In this document: piece by piece, positions 1 through 9,407 of the stretch
Layout of the letters: each line of letters starts with the position of its first letter
Position numbering within the stretch: position 1 is the stretch's first letter
DNA from: an uncultured Candidatus Saccharibacteria bacterium
GTDB lineage: Bacteria > Patescibacteriota > CAZHWT01
Direction of reading: 5' to 3'
Length of the DNA stretch: 39,759 nucleotides
Assembly (NCBI GenBank): GCA_964536215.1
Contig: CAZHWT010000006.1
Span: 1 to 39,759 of the forward strand
Notes under the pieces: model-generated
The model's database searches: none
Seen by the model: the letters and a program-made list of their open reading frames with translations, nothing else
Told to the model about the DNA's origin: nothing
Position numbers and translations under genes: made by a program

Positions 1-60
1 AAGTCCACAACGCTATTTGAAAGGATGTGTTGTTCCGCTTTAGTTGACAGTGCCGAAAAA

Positions 61-98
61 TGGTGTATTGGGTGTATTGGGTGTATTGGGTATATTGG
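61..98. repeat. 9-nt tandem repeat (GGTGTATTG), about 4 copies
   Basis: Three exact GGTGTATTG copies followed by a degenerate GGTATATTG; an irregular ATTCG-rich tract follows (~114-200). Confidence 0.9.
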
Positions 99-248
99 TA
101 ATAGTGGCTTAGTTCATTCGTAACATTCGTGTTTCGTAGCATTCGCATATACATTCGTAATTCGGATGTTACCTATTCGCATCTCTTGACATTCGGGTAT
201 CCTTCGGTGTATACCAGACATATATCACTGCCCGGTCAGGAGTACCGC

Positions 249-1919
249 GTGTTAGCCACCATTAAAACCGCCACCGTCTGCGGCTTAGACTCAATGCCCA
301 TCGACGTCGAAGTCGACGTGGCCAAAATGTCCTTCCCTGCCTTTACCGTCGTCGGCCTACCCGATAAAGCTATCGACGAAGCCAAAGAGCGCGTCCGCTC
401 CGCCCTCAAGAACTCCGGCACTCAATTCCCACAGCATCGCATTACCGTTAATCTAGCTCCGGCTGATGTACCCAAAAACGGCCCTTCATTTGACCTGCCT
501 ATTGCCCTGGGCCTTCTCATAGCCTCCGAACAAGTGCCGCTCACCCAAACCAACAACTGGTATATTGGCGAACTATCACTCGATGGCAGTATTAAAGCCG
601 TCAACGGCATCTTACCAATTGCCGCCCTGGCTAAAAAACAAGGCGCCACTGCCCTCTTCGTCCCTGCCGCCAACGCCACCGAAGCCGCTCTCATCCAAGA
701 TCTGCCCGTCTATAGCCTCACCAGCCTCAAACAACTCGTCCTCCACCTCAATAACGCTCAACCACTTACTCCGGTTCCACCCACCGCCATAGAGCTATCT
801 GACCATCATCCCAGTCAAACCGACATGCAAGACGTCCTCGGACAAGAGCAAGCTAAGCGAGCGCTAGAGATCGCTGCGGCCGGCGGTCACAACCTCATGC
901 TCCAAGGTCTGCCTGGCAGCGGCAAAACTATGTTAGCTCGCGCTTTTGCCTCCATCCTTCCACCGCTAACCTTCGCCGAATCTCTAGAAGTCAGCGGTAT
1001 TTACAGTGTCTGCAATCTCCTCGGCGATGAGCCCTATCTCAAACAACGCCCCTTCCGCTCACCTCACCACACCACCAGCGATATTGGTCTTATCGGCGGT
1101 GGGGCGAACCCAAAACCTGGAGAAATCAGTCTAGCTCATCGTGGAGTACTATTCTTAGATGAATTTGCCGAGTTCCCCCGCCACGTCTTAGAAGCTTTGC
1201 GTCAACCATTAGAAGACGGCATTGTCACAATCAGCCGTGCCAAAGCCAGCTATACGTTCCCAGCTCGCTTTCAACTCCTGGCCGCTCAAAACCCTTGTCC
1301 TTGCGGCCATCAAGGCGACCCGCTCACTGCCTGCATCTGCTCTCCACGTCAAATCAGCAACTATCAAAAGCGCCTATCCGGCCCTCTCCTAGATCGCATC
1401 GACCTCTTTATTACCGTTTCTCGCGTCAAGGACCATCAGCTAGCTCAGCTTCAACAAACCAAATCTACCGCCGAAACGTCACAGGCCATCGCCAATAGAG
1501 TTAAAGCGGCCAGACAAATTCAAGTGGAAAGATTCATAAGTAGTCAGGGAGCAAAACTCCAAAAAGCGTCCAGTGTCCACCCCGATTCAATCGGGGTCCA
1601 GTTTCAAGCATCCAGTCATCAGAGTACAAATACTGACATAGAAGCCTCTAAATCCAGTGCTAGTTCTAGTATAGACTTCCAAGTTACCCTCAACGCCAAC
1701 ATGACTACCAAGCAAGTCAAACAATTCTGTCGACTAGACGAAGCCGGCCTACAGCTCATGCAACTGGCCGCCACCCGCTACCAACTGTCTGCTCGCAGCT
1801 ACCTTAAAGTCCTCAAAGTCGCTCGCACCATCGCCGACCTAGCCAGCACCAGCACTATTCAACCCGATCACCTATCCGAAGCCCTACAATATCGCCAGGC
1901 TACTAGTGCTATGTCATAA
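249..1919 (+). CDS. comM: YifB/ComM family Mg-chelatase-like AAA+ ATPase
   Basis: VVGLPDKAIDEAKERVRSA, Walker A GLPGSGKT, RSPHHT, GEISLAHRGVLFLDE, NPCPCG, SGPLLDRID. Start placed at GTG 249 behind AGGAG; the ORF extension to 129 is repeat-derived. Confidence 0.95.
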   Translation: MLATIKTATVCGLDSMPIDVEVDVAKMSFPAFTVVGLPDKAIDEAKERVRSALKNSGTQFPQHRITVNLAPADVPKNGPSFDLPIALGLLIASEQVPLTQTNNWYIGELSLDGSIKAVNGILPIAALAKKQGATALFVPAANATEAALIQDLPVYSLTSLKQLVLHLNNAQPLTPVPPTAIELSDHHPSQTDMQDVLGQEQAKRALEIAAAGGHNLMLQGLPGSGKTMLARAFASILPPLTFAESLEVSGIYSVCNLLGDEPYLKQRPFRSPHHTTSDIGLIGGGANPKPGEISLAHRGVLFLDEFAEFPRHVLEALRQPLEDGIVTISRAKASYTFPARFQLLAAQNPCPCGHQGDPLTACICSPRQISNYQKRLSGPLLDRIDLFITVSRVKDHQLAQLQQTKSTAETSQAIANRVKAARQIQVERFISSQGAKLQKASSVHPDSIGVQFQASSHQSTNTDIEASKSSASSSIDFQVTLNANMTTKQVKQFCRLDEAGLQLMQLAATRYQLSARSYLKVLKVARTIADLASTSTIQPDHLSEALQYRQATSAMS

Positions 1920-2088
1920 AACAGATTCAATACCCTATATCTATAACTATCACCATCCACTATCAAAACATCCACCAATACTACTTCTCCTGTAATACAC
2001 TTGCCACAATGGGGTATAATAACCGGGTCTACGCAGGGTAGACAAAGGCGGCACAAAATGTGCAGTGCAAATAGGCAAGGGGTTAAAT

Positions 2089-2463
2089 ATGGCTCGCCCG
2101 CACCAGTCATCTTCCGTTGCGCGCCCAATGGGCGTAGATGTTCGTGACTGGCGAAAGCTAAGTCAAAAGGACCAAATACTCTTGGTCACGTTGACGAACA
2201 AATACCTCTCAGAAGGATATCCCTTCTTCTGTGAGTTGAAGGAAAAGCACGGAAACAACGTTGCCTCGCTGTCCCAAAACAGCATTGCGCAAGAGTGGAT
2301 CAAATACCTAGATCGACACGAAGCCGATAGGGTCGCAAGAGAGAAAGAAGAGCAGCGCAATAAAACTGCTCAATATGAAGCTGAAGGCCGTGCATTCATG
2401 CTGAGCCTCCAGCAACAGCGGCCTTCTCAGCCCCTGCATCACACTCGAATGCAAGGAGAGTAG
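2089..2463 (+). CDS. Hypothetical protein (~124 aa, helical, charged)
   Basis: TATAAT at 2015-2020, AAGGGG before ATG 2089, downstream hairpin; no recognisable motif. Confidence 0.6.
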   Translation: MARPHQSSSVARPMGVDVRDWRKLSQKDQILLVTLTNKYLSEGYPFFCELKEKHGNNVASLSQNSIAQEWIKYLDRHEADRVAREKEEQRNKTAQYEAEGRAFMLSLQQQRPSQPLHHTRMQGE

Positions 2464-2475
2464 ACACCTCTTTTA

Positions 2476-2509
2476 GGCAGATGATTCCGTCTCCACGGAC
2501 TCATCTGCC
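2476..2509 (+). terminator. Stem-loop after orphan ORF, possible terminator
   Basis: GGCAGATGA/TCATCTGCC outer stem, TCCGT/ACGGA inner stem; no clear U-tract. Confidence 0.5.
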
Positions 2510-2545
2510 ACCCTCAATCCCTTTCCAACCTGCTACAATAACAGT

Positions 2546-3058
2546 ATGAATAATATAGATATTCGTCCCTGCACCATCACCGGTATATCCCGCGTCTTGC
2601 CACTTCTAGAGTCACAAGGGGGCGTCTTTGACTTTCAAACTAAACGCCACATCATTCAAAAGGCCACTAAAGTTGTCGAGGAAAACTCTCAAAACCCTAC
2701 CGTCTGGCTAGCAATCCACGAAGGTGCCGTCGTTGGCTTTATCGGATTCATGATTAATATTGAAAACCCTCAACTAGCCGAATTATTTGGCCAAGTTGTC
2801 AAACGAGGCTATCAAGGTCAAGCTATTGGCAAGCACTTGCTCCAAGCCGGCCTGCAAGATTTACAAGATCGTGGCGTCAATCAGGTTAGCCTGCAACTTA
2901 AGGCCTCTGCTGCACCCTATGTTCACAAGTTCTACCAAAAAGCAGGCTTCAAGCAAACTTTTAACGAAAACTACACTGGCGCTTCAGATGAAAGTCGCAC
3001 TATGACTCTCAACTTTAAATCGGCCGTCAAAAACGCTCCTCTGCCGTATCCAGCATAG
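2546..3058 (+). CDS. GNAT family N-acetyltransferase
   Basis: Acetyl-CoA motif A VKRGYQGQAIGKHLL, C-terminal FYQKAGF. Confidence 0.85.
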   Translation: MNNIDIRPCTITGISRVLPLLESQGGVFDFQTKRHIIQKATKVVEENSQNPTVWLAIHEGAVVGFIGFMINIENPQLAELFGQVVKRGYQGQAIGKHLLQAGLQDLQDRGVNQVSLQLKASAAPYVHKFYQKAGFKQTFNENYTGASDESRTMTLNFKSAVKNAPLPYPA

Positions 3059-3093
3059 CAAACACAGTAACGCTAGTCTGCTATAATATCTCC

Positions 3094-3441
3094 GTGAATT
3101 TTTACCAGCAAGTTTACCACATCACGCGGGCTATTCCGCGCGGTCAAGTCGCCACCTACGGTCAAATCGCCGCCATCCTCGGCTCGCCTAGATCAGCCCG
3201 CATGGTTGGCCAAGCCATGGCTCATTGCCCTAGCAATGTACCTTGGCAGCGCGTCATCAACCGCCACGGCATGATCTCAATCGAAAACCTCCACGTCACC
3301 AAGCAAGATCAAGTCTATCTACTCCAAAAGGACGGCGTCGAAGTAACTGAGTCAGAAGGCAACTGGTGGGTAGACCTTAAAAAATATCTAGTAGACCCCT
3401 CTGTTTTAGCCTCGGCCATCACCACTCTCCCTCATGCTTAA
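3094..3441 (+). CDS. MGMT family alkyltransferase-like (ATL/YbaZ-type) protein
   Basis: IPRGQVATYGQIA, ARMVGQAM, and PWQRV with Trp replacing the catalytic Cys of PCHRV. Confidence 0.9.
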   Translation: MNFYQQVYHITRAIPRGQVATYGQIAAILGSPRSARMVGQAMAHCPSNVPWQRVINRHGMISIENLHVTKQDQVYLLQKDGVEVTESEGNWWVDLKKYLVDPSVLASAITTLPHA

Positions 3442-5275
3442 ATCTATCACTCGCCATCTTAGCACCATAACTATCCGTCAATGGCTCTGCTGGCTTACCG
3501 TCATCGCCTTGCTCGGTACAATGCTCACTCAGATGCTATATGAGGCCGCCAAAGATGGCGCCAGTACCGATGAGCAAATTCACATCCTGTCCGGCTACAC
3601 CACCATAACTCAGGGGCACGTTCTCTTTGACCCAGAACATCCATTCCTGGCCAAAGCTATTGCTGCCATCCCACTACTATTCATTCATCCTGACGTTCCC
3701 CAGGCCGCCACCAATTTAACGGCCGAACAGGCTCAACCTAGCTACAACACCTACCGCGAAGCTAATCAATGGGGATACGAAATGTTATTTACCTCTGAAA
3801 ACAACCCCGATCAACTTCTTTTTCTCACCCGAGCAGTCATCGCCATATTAACCACAATACTGGCAGCAGTAGTCTTTATCTGGACTAAGTCGCTGTGGGG
3901 ATTACCTAGCGCCTTAGCCGCTCTGGCTATCATCGCTTTCGAGCCATCCATTATCGCTCACGGCCACCTGGCCAACGACGATACTGTCGCCACCCTCTTC
4001 TTTATCGCTGCCATCGCCGCCTTCCATACTTTCCTCAAGCGCCCAACCTATCGCACCATCCTCCTGACTGGACTTATTCTCGGCCTAGGCCTCATCACTA
4101 AGTACTCACTCCTCCTCCTCGGGCCAATCTTTATCATCCTCCTCATTGGCTGGCTAACCATTCATCGAGATTACACAAGCGCCATCATCCCCCCTATATT
4201 CACCACGCTCTCCGCTCAATGGCAACGCTACACTGCTGGCCTGATAGCCATCTTCCTTACCGCTTGGTCCGTCATTTGGCTCAGCTACGGCAGCCTCATG
4301 CTCATAAATCCAGACCAAAACCCGGCCAGCCTGACCGGACTAATCCAGCTTCCAGCTTTCATTCTCAACAGCGCATCGGTCATCTTGCCAGCCATGTATG
4401 CTAAAGGCGCCCTTCTTTTGTTTGGTCCGAGCAGTCACGGTCGAGACGGCTACCTACTGGGCGCCTGCTACAATGGTGGCCGGTTAGATTACTTTACCGT
4501 GGTCACCTTCTTTAAAACACCGCTGACAACCCTCTTCCTTTTCGCCACTTCCTGCATCATCTGGCTCCGAACACGAGGCCATAACCACTTTGTCCCAGCC
4601 ATCATTCTGGTCCCACTCATTATTTACCTAGGTATCTCCAGCTTCTCTAGCATTAATATTGGCTACCGACATGTCTTACCAGTTGGTGTCCTCATTATCA
4701 TCGCTGCCGCCTATCCAGTTTCCCTCATAGACTGGCCTAGACTCGGCACAGATATAGCCAACATTGGTCGCCGCGTCATTAGCACCCTAATGCCTTCGAT
4801 TAACAACTCTCCACAAGGATCACCTTCATCGACAGCTACGAGCACCAGCATCTATGGCCTACTCATCCTAATTGCTCTAACCGCTAGTCTAATCGGCAGC
4901 ATCCTAGCCTTCCCCAACCACTTAGCCTACTACAATATCCTCTCCGGGGAACCGCACAACCGACCATTTATTTCTGCCGACTCCAATGCTGATTGGGGGC
5001 AAGGCACTAAAGCTCTCTACGAATACATGCGACAACACCACATCAACCAGGTAGCATTGGACAACTTTACTGGCACTGCCGAAGCCGAATCGCGCGGCTA
5101 CCCCATTTCAGCCGCCAATCCACATAATCACAACTATACTGGCTATCTCGCCCTATCTCGGTCCACTATCATCGACCATTACTGCACTAAAAACAACGAC
5201 TGGGGCTGGGTCGTCGATCACCACGACCCAATCGCCATTGTTGGTGGCAGTATTAATGTATACAAGTTGGACTAG
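3434..5275 (+). CDS. ArnT/PMT-like GT-C membrane glycosyltransferase
   Basis: N-terminal TM then TDE acidic motif, EHPFLAK, multiple TM segments, TKYS, NIGYRH, DSNADWGQ. Confidence 0.85.
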   Translation: MLKSITRHLSTITIRQWLCWLTVIALLGTMLTQMLYEAAKDGASTDEQIHILSGYTTITQGHVLFDPEHPFLAKAIAAIPLLFIHPDVPQAATNLTAEQAQPSYNTYREANQWGYEMLFTSENNPDQLLFLTRAVIAILTTILAAVVFIWTKSLWGLPSALAALAIIAFEPSIIAHGHLANDDTVATLFFIAAIAAFHTFLKRPTYRTILLTGLILGLGLITKYSLLLLGPIFIILLIGWLTIHRDYTSAIIPPIFTTLSAQWQRYTAGLIAIFLTAWSVIWLSYGSLMLINPDQNPASLTGLIQLPAFILNSASVILPAMYAKGALLLFGPSSHGRDGYLLGACYNGGRLDYFTVVTFFKTPLTTLFLFATSCIIWLRTRGHNHFVPAIILVPLIIYLGISSFSSINIGYRHVLPVGVLIIIAAAYPVSLIDWPRLGTDIANIGRRVISTLMPSINNSPQGSPSSTATSTSIYGLLILIALTASLIGSILAFPNHLAYYNILSGEPHNRPFISADSNADWGQGTKALYEYMRQHHINQVALDNFTGTAEAESRGYPISAANPHNHNYTGYLALSRSTIIDHYCTKNNDWGWVVDHHDPIAIVGGSINVYKLD

Positions 5276-5398
5276 ATAACCACAGGACTCTAATATAGCC
5301 ACTCCTCATCTCTAAAGCAGACTCCATAGTCAAGCAAACTACAAGGTCTAATCAGAGCACCAGAATTGTCCGACTTTTACATCTGATATACTAATCTC

Positions 5399-5974
5399 AT
5401 GGACACCGCTCTCATTATTCACGGCGCATACGGCAATCCAAGGCAAAACTGGTTCCCTTGGACCAGTCGCAAGCTAGAACGACTAGACTACACCACATTC
5501 ACCCCGCAATTCCCAACTCCCGAAGGCCAAAATGTTAATAGTTGGATCAGCATTGTAGCTCCATACCTAGCTAAGCTAAATCAAAACAGTCTTCTCATCG
5601 GACACAGCATTGGCGCCACCTTTGCCTTGTCGGTACTAGAGCAACTCGCTACACCACTCAAGGCGACTTTCTTCGTCTCCGGATTCATTGGCAATCTCAA
5701 CCACCCCGAACTGGATACCATTAATACTAGTTTTTATCAAAAACCCTTCGACTGGGCCACTATTCGCCGGAATGCCGGCCAGATCATCATCTTCCACAGC
5801 GATAACGATCCGTTCGTACCGCTACATCGATGCCTAGAGCTTTCAACCAACCTCGGTACCAAGCCCATCATCATCCCAGGCGCAGGCCATTTTAATACAG
5901 CCTCTGACTACCGCCAGTTCCCCCAGCTATTCAGCAAAATTGAGCAGCTTGTCACCACAAAGCGATCCAGCTAA
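5399..5974 (+). CDS. RBBP9/YdeN family alpha/beta hydrolase
   Basis: IIHG...NWFPW, nucleophile elbow GHSIG, SDNDPFV, GAGHFN. Confidence 0.9.
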   Translation: MDTALIIHGAYGNPRQNWFPWTSRKLERLDYTTFTPQFPTPEGQNVNSWISIVAPYLAKLNQNSLLIGHSIGATFALSVLEQLATPLKATFFVSGFIGNLNHPELDTINTSFYQKPFDWATIRRNAGQIIIFHSDNDPFVPLHRCLELSTNLGTKPIIIPGAGHFNTASDYRQFPQLFSKIEQLVTTKRSS

Positions 5975-5995
5975 ACGTTACCTCAAAAAAGGTGG

Positions 5996-6352
5996 TTAGT
6001 CATGCTCAACTTGGCGCTTAACCACCGTAATCAGCTCATCCAACTCAAACGGTTTAGCCAAAAAATCATCCGCACCCGTTTCTCGGACCGACACAGGCGT
6101 AGCATCACTATGCGCTGACATCAACACCACCTTGCCAGTATTAGGTTGCGACTTCAGCTGCTTAGCAATTGTCCGGCCATCAATACCTTGCATCCAGATA
6201 TCCAACAATATAACGTCGGCTCGACTTCGAACATAATCTGCCATATTGCTACCATCATCGGTATAGACTTCAAACCCTTCATCTTCCAAAACAATTTGGC
6301 AAACTTCACAAATAGCCGGATCATCGTCAACAATAAGTACTCGTCTAGACAT
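5996..6352 (-). CDS. Single-domain response regulator (CheY-like receiver)
   Basis: LIVDDD, LLDIWM phospho-Asp, MSA, FLAKPF; no output domain. Confidence 0.92.
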   Translation of the reverse strand: MSRRVLIVDDDPAICEVCQIVLEDEGFEVYTDDGSNMADYVRSRADVILLDIWMQGIDGRTIAKQLKSQPNTGKVVLMSAHSDATPVSVRETGADDFLAKPFELDELITVVKRQVEHD

Positions 6353-7790
6353 ACGAACCTCGGTGCATAATCGCTGATGGCTGCTCTGGTCGAGCTTTAA
6401 TTAGTGGTAGGGAGAAAGAGAAAGTCGACCCTTTATTTTCTTCACTCTCCAGCCAAATCTTTCCACCATGCCAACTAATAATCTCAGCACAGATGTAGAG
6501 ACCTAACCCAAGCCCGCCTGGCACATCTGCCCGACTGGCGCTCTGGAGACGAGAGTACGGCTTAAACAAATTCTCTTGTTCGCGCTTAGCTATCCCAATA
6601 CCAAAATCCTGCACGCTCACCACCACCTTATCTCTACCCTCAGAAACTCGTATGAGGACACGGTCGCTAGTCGGAGAATACTTAATAGCATTGGCCAGTA
6701 AATTAGCCATAACCTGCTCTAAGCGAACCTGATCTCCTATCACCGCCGTATTGCACCAGCCAGACACCCGCACTTTATGGTGGTGGGCAATTGCTTGTAC
6801 GTCCTCAATCGATCGCTCCACCACACCGTTAATAGATATTCGCTCTCGTCGGATTACCAACTGCCCGCTCTGGATTTTAGTCATATCAAGCAGATCTCTA
6901 ATAAGTCCAGACAACTTATTCAGCTGATCATCCAACTTTTCCGTAAATTGCACCAAGTCCTTCTGCGTGCCCCGCTTTAATCGACGCTCCAACACTTCAG
7001 TGTATCCTTTCATACTCGTCAACGGCGTCCGCAGCTCATGAGAAGCAATGGCCAGAAACTGTTCATTGCGCCGCTTAGCCGCAATCAGCTCCACAATCGA
7101 ATCACGATGGTTGTTACATAACACCACCACAAAATACGTCATCGCCAACAAAAACAACGTATGTAGCGGCACTGACAGGTCATTGTGGCCATAGCTATAT
7201 AACCATACCGGAAACAAGGCATCCAACAAAATATTAACTACCGACACTACGCCGAATAGAATCCAGGCCAATCGCCAATCAGCATAGGCCGCCATAAACG
7301 CCATAACGAGAAAAACGTGGAAATGCATAATCAAAGCGCCACTACTAGCAAACACAAATAAGTAAGAGAAAGCCAGCAGCGACAAGGCTAACAAAATTCT
7401 CCACACAAAATGGTTCTTAATCCGCGATTGCGCCAACAATGGAATAAGCAGGGCAATGCCGCCCGAAAGAAGAGCCATTACCCCTTCAGGCACAGTTAAT
7501 GAATACCAGCCTAACGGCGATGGAAATAAATCCGGCAACCGGACATAGGTATTAAGCATCAATATCAGAGCTAACATTGCTCCATGCAGCCAGAGCACTT
7601 TTATGGCCAACTGATCCAAAAGACCATAGCGAAGTGCTTCAGCATAAGAAGCATTAATATCTGTCAAGGCGGTATGAGAGAACAATCGATCAAATCGACC
7701 ACCCAAAGCACGATTGACCTGCTGAGCCACTGCGGACCCTTTAGCCGCCCAACGATCTATATCCACAGAAATAGTCACTGAATGAGCCAT
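6345..7790 (-). CDS. Membrane sensor histidine kinase (HisKA + HATPase)
   Basis: About 6 TM segments, H-box SHELRTPLT, N-box NLLANAIKYS, DFGIGI, GLGLGL; overlaps the receiver gene start. Confidence 0.93.
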   Translation of the reverse strand: MAHSVTISVDIDRWAAKGSAVAQQVNRALGGRFDRLFSHTALTDINASYAEALRYGLLDQLAIKVLWLHGAMLALILMLNTYVRLPDLFPSPLGWYSLTVPEGVMALLSGGIALLIPLLAQSRIKNHFVWRILLALSLLAFSYLFVFASSGALIMHFHVFLVMAFMAAYADWRLAWILFGVVSVVNILLDALFPVWLYSYGHNDLSVPLHTLFLLAMTYFVVVLCNNHRDSIVELIAAKRRNEQFLAIASHELRTPLTSMKGYTEVLERRLKRGTQKDLVQFTEKLDDQLNKLSGLIRDLLDMTKIQSGQLVIRRERISINGVVERSIEDVQAIAHHHKVRVSGWCNTAVIGDQVRLEQVMANLLANAIKYSPTSDRVLIRVSEGRDKVVVSVQDFGIGIAKREQENLFKPYSRLQSASRADVPGGLGLGLYICAEIISWHGGKIWLESEENKGSTFSFSLPLIKARPEQPSAIMHRGSYV

Positions 7791-7909
7791 ATTCGCATAC
7801 TAAACACCCATCATAAAAATAATAGTACCTGTATCGTACCAATCTTAACAACAAGATGCAATAATTATCAGTATATTATGGTATAAATATTTACTTAGAC
7901 ACCCATAAC

Positions 7910-7937
7910 AAAAATACGCCGATAAAATCGGCGTATT
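7910..7937 (-). terminator. Rho-independent terminator after rpsI
   Basis: AATACGCCGAT-AAA-ATCGGCGTATT perfect 11-bp stem running into a T-tract on the minus strand. Confidence 0.85.
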
Positions 7938-7966
7938 GTTAAAATTACCAAACCAAGTCGCGACTC

Positions 7967-8416
7967 TTAACGCTTAGAGAACTGCGGAGCTTTACGCGCC
8001 CGCTTCAAACCATACTTCTTGCGTTCCTTCATGCGCTGATCGCGGGTTAGCATACCCTGTGACCGCAGCACCCCACGCAAGGTTTCATCATACTCTTTCA
8101 AAGCCCGGGCAATGCCCAATGACATAGCTCCTAGCTGGGCACGAGGTCCACCACCGCCAACCTTAATCGAAATTGCAAACGTATCTTGGCGCTCCGTAGC
8201 TACTAATGGAGCTACAATGACTGCCTTATCCAAAGGGCGCGGATACGCTTCCTCTAAAGGCTTATCATTCACCGTAATCTCACCCTTGCCCAGCTCCATC
8301 TTGATGCGGGCAACAGCCTCTTTACGACGCCCAACCGTCCAGTAAACCGTACCGCTACTAGCCTTCTTAGGCTTCGAAACTTGTTCTTCAGTTTTGTTTT
8401 GCTCTTGTTCTGCCAT
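7967..8416 (-). CDS. rpsI: 30S ribosomal protein uS9
   Basis: GRRKEAVAR, C-terminal KERKKYGLKRARKAPQFSKR. Confidence 0.98.
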   Translation of the reverse strand: MAEQEQNKTEEQVSKPKKASSGTVYWTVGRRKEAVARIKMELGKGEITVNDKPLEEAYPRPLDKAVIVAPLVATERQDTFAISIKVGGGGPRAQLGAMSLGIARALKEYDETLRGVLRSQGMLTRDQRMKERKKYGLKRARKAPQFSKR

Positions 8417-8428
8417 AAAAAATTTCCT

Positions 8429-8866
8429 TTACAGAGACACCTTTTCCGGCTTCTGACCAACCTGTTCATGCTCTTCACCAGCATAAATATACAACTTACC
8501 TAGTGTAGCGGAGCCCAGTCGATTCTTGGGCAGCATGCCGCGAACTGCTCGGCGAACAGCTTCGGTCGGCTTCTCAGCCATAACCTTACCGAGGGACTCA
8601 TTGCGAATACCACCTGGATATCCACTGTGGCGCCAATACAGCTTGCCTTCAACCTTGCGCTGATGAATATCTAGCCCGGCTGCATTAATAATAACTACCC
8701 GGTCACCGTTATCCAAGTGAGGCACATAGCTCGGATCATGCTTACCCATCAGCAATTGAGCTGCCCGGGCTGCTACCTTACCCAATCGTTGGCCTTTAGC
8801 ATCAATTAAGTGCCACTTGGCCGTTAAATCTTTGGCCGATGGATTGTAATAATCGTTCTTTTTCAT
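8429..8866 (-). CDS. rplM: 50S ribosomal protein uL13
   Basis: WHLIDA, HSGYPGG, VRGMLPKN. Confidence 0.98.
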   Translation of the reverse strand: MKKNDYYNPSAKDLTAKWHLIDAKGQRLGKVAARAAQLLMGKHDPSYVPHLDNGDRVVIINAAGLDIHQRKVEGKLYWRHSGYPGGIRNESLGKVMAEKPTEAVRRAVRGMLPKNRLGSATLGKLYIYAGEEHEQVGQKPEKVSL

Positions 8867-8868
8867 GA

Positions 8869-9360
8869 TTATGATTCTTTCGTGTCAGTAGTTTCTTCTT
8901 TCGCCGCAGTTTTTGTTCGCTTAGTCGAAGCTGATTTCTTGGCTACTGAAGCAGCCTTCTTGGCCACAGGCTTCTTTTTAGCCGCCGTTAATGCCGTCGG
9001 TCCAGACAATTCAACCAACTCTATAACTGCCATCTCAGCGCCATCACCAGCTCGTCGCCCTGTCTTAATAATCCGAGTATAGCCACCTGGACGGTCAGCA
9101 AAACGGACTGCCAACACAGAATAAACCTTGTCTGCAGCAGCAGTTGTTGGCAAAAACGCCATCACTGCTCGTCGAGCTGCCAAATCCTGCCCCTTGGCTC
9201 GAGTAATCAACTTTTCTACCACTGGCCGAATAGCTTTAGCCTTTGGCAACGTCGTCGTAATTCGCTCATGCTCAACCAACGACTGAGCTAGATTGCGGTA
9301 CAACGCTTTTCGATGTCCGCTCGACCGATTTAGTTTTTTTCCGTGTACTTGATGTCGCAT
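8869..9360 (-). CDS. rplQ: 50S ribosomal protein bL17 with K/A-rich C-terminal extension
   Basis: MRH, ITTTLPKAK, RPGGYTRIIK, GDGAEMA. Confidence 0.98.
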   Translation of the reverse strand: MRHQVHGKKLNRSSGHRKALYRNLAQSLVEHERITTTLPKAKAIRPVVEKLITRAKGQDLAARRAVMAFLPTTAAADKVYSVLAVRFADRPGGYTRIIKTGRRAGDGAEMAVIELVELSGPTALTAAKKKPVAKKAASVAKKSASTKRTKTAAKEETTDTKES

Positions 9361-9407
9361 AATAACTTACCACGTAATTCTTAATTCTAAATTCCTAATT
9401 CTAATTG

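Noticed and set aside
129-248. N-terminal 40 codons of the comM ORF
   Set aside because: Overlaps the ATTCG repeat tract; family homology and the RBS point to GTG 249.
1535-1685. Intein explanation for the ComM and helicase inserts
   Set aside because: Too short, and they lack the C/S...HN-C/S/T splice junction motifs.
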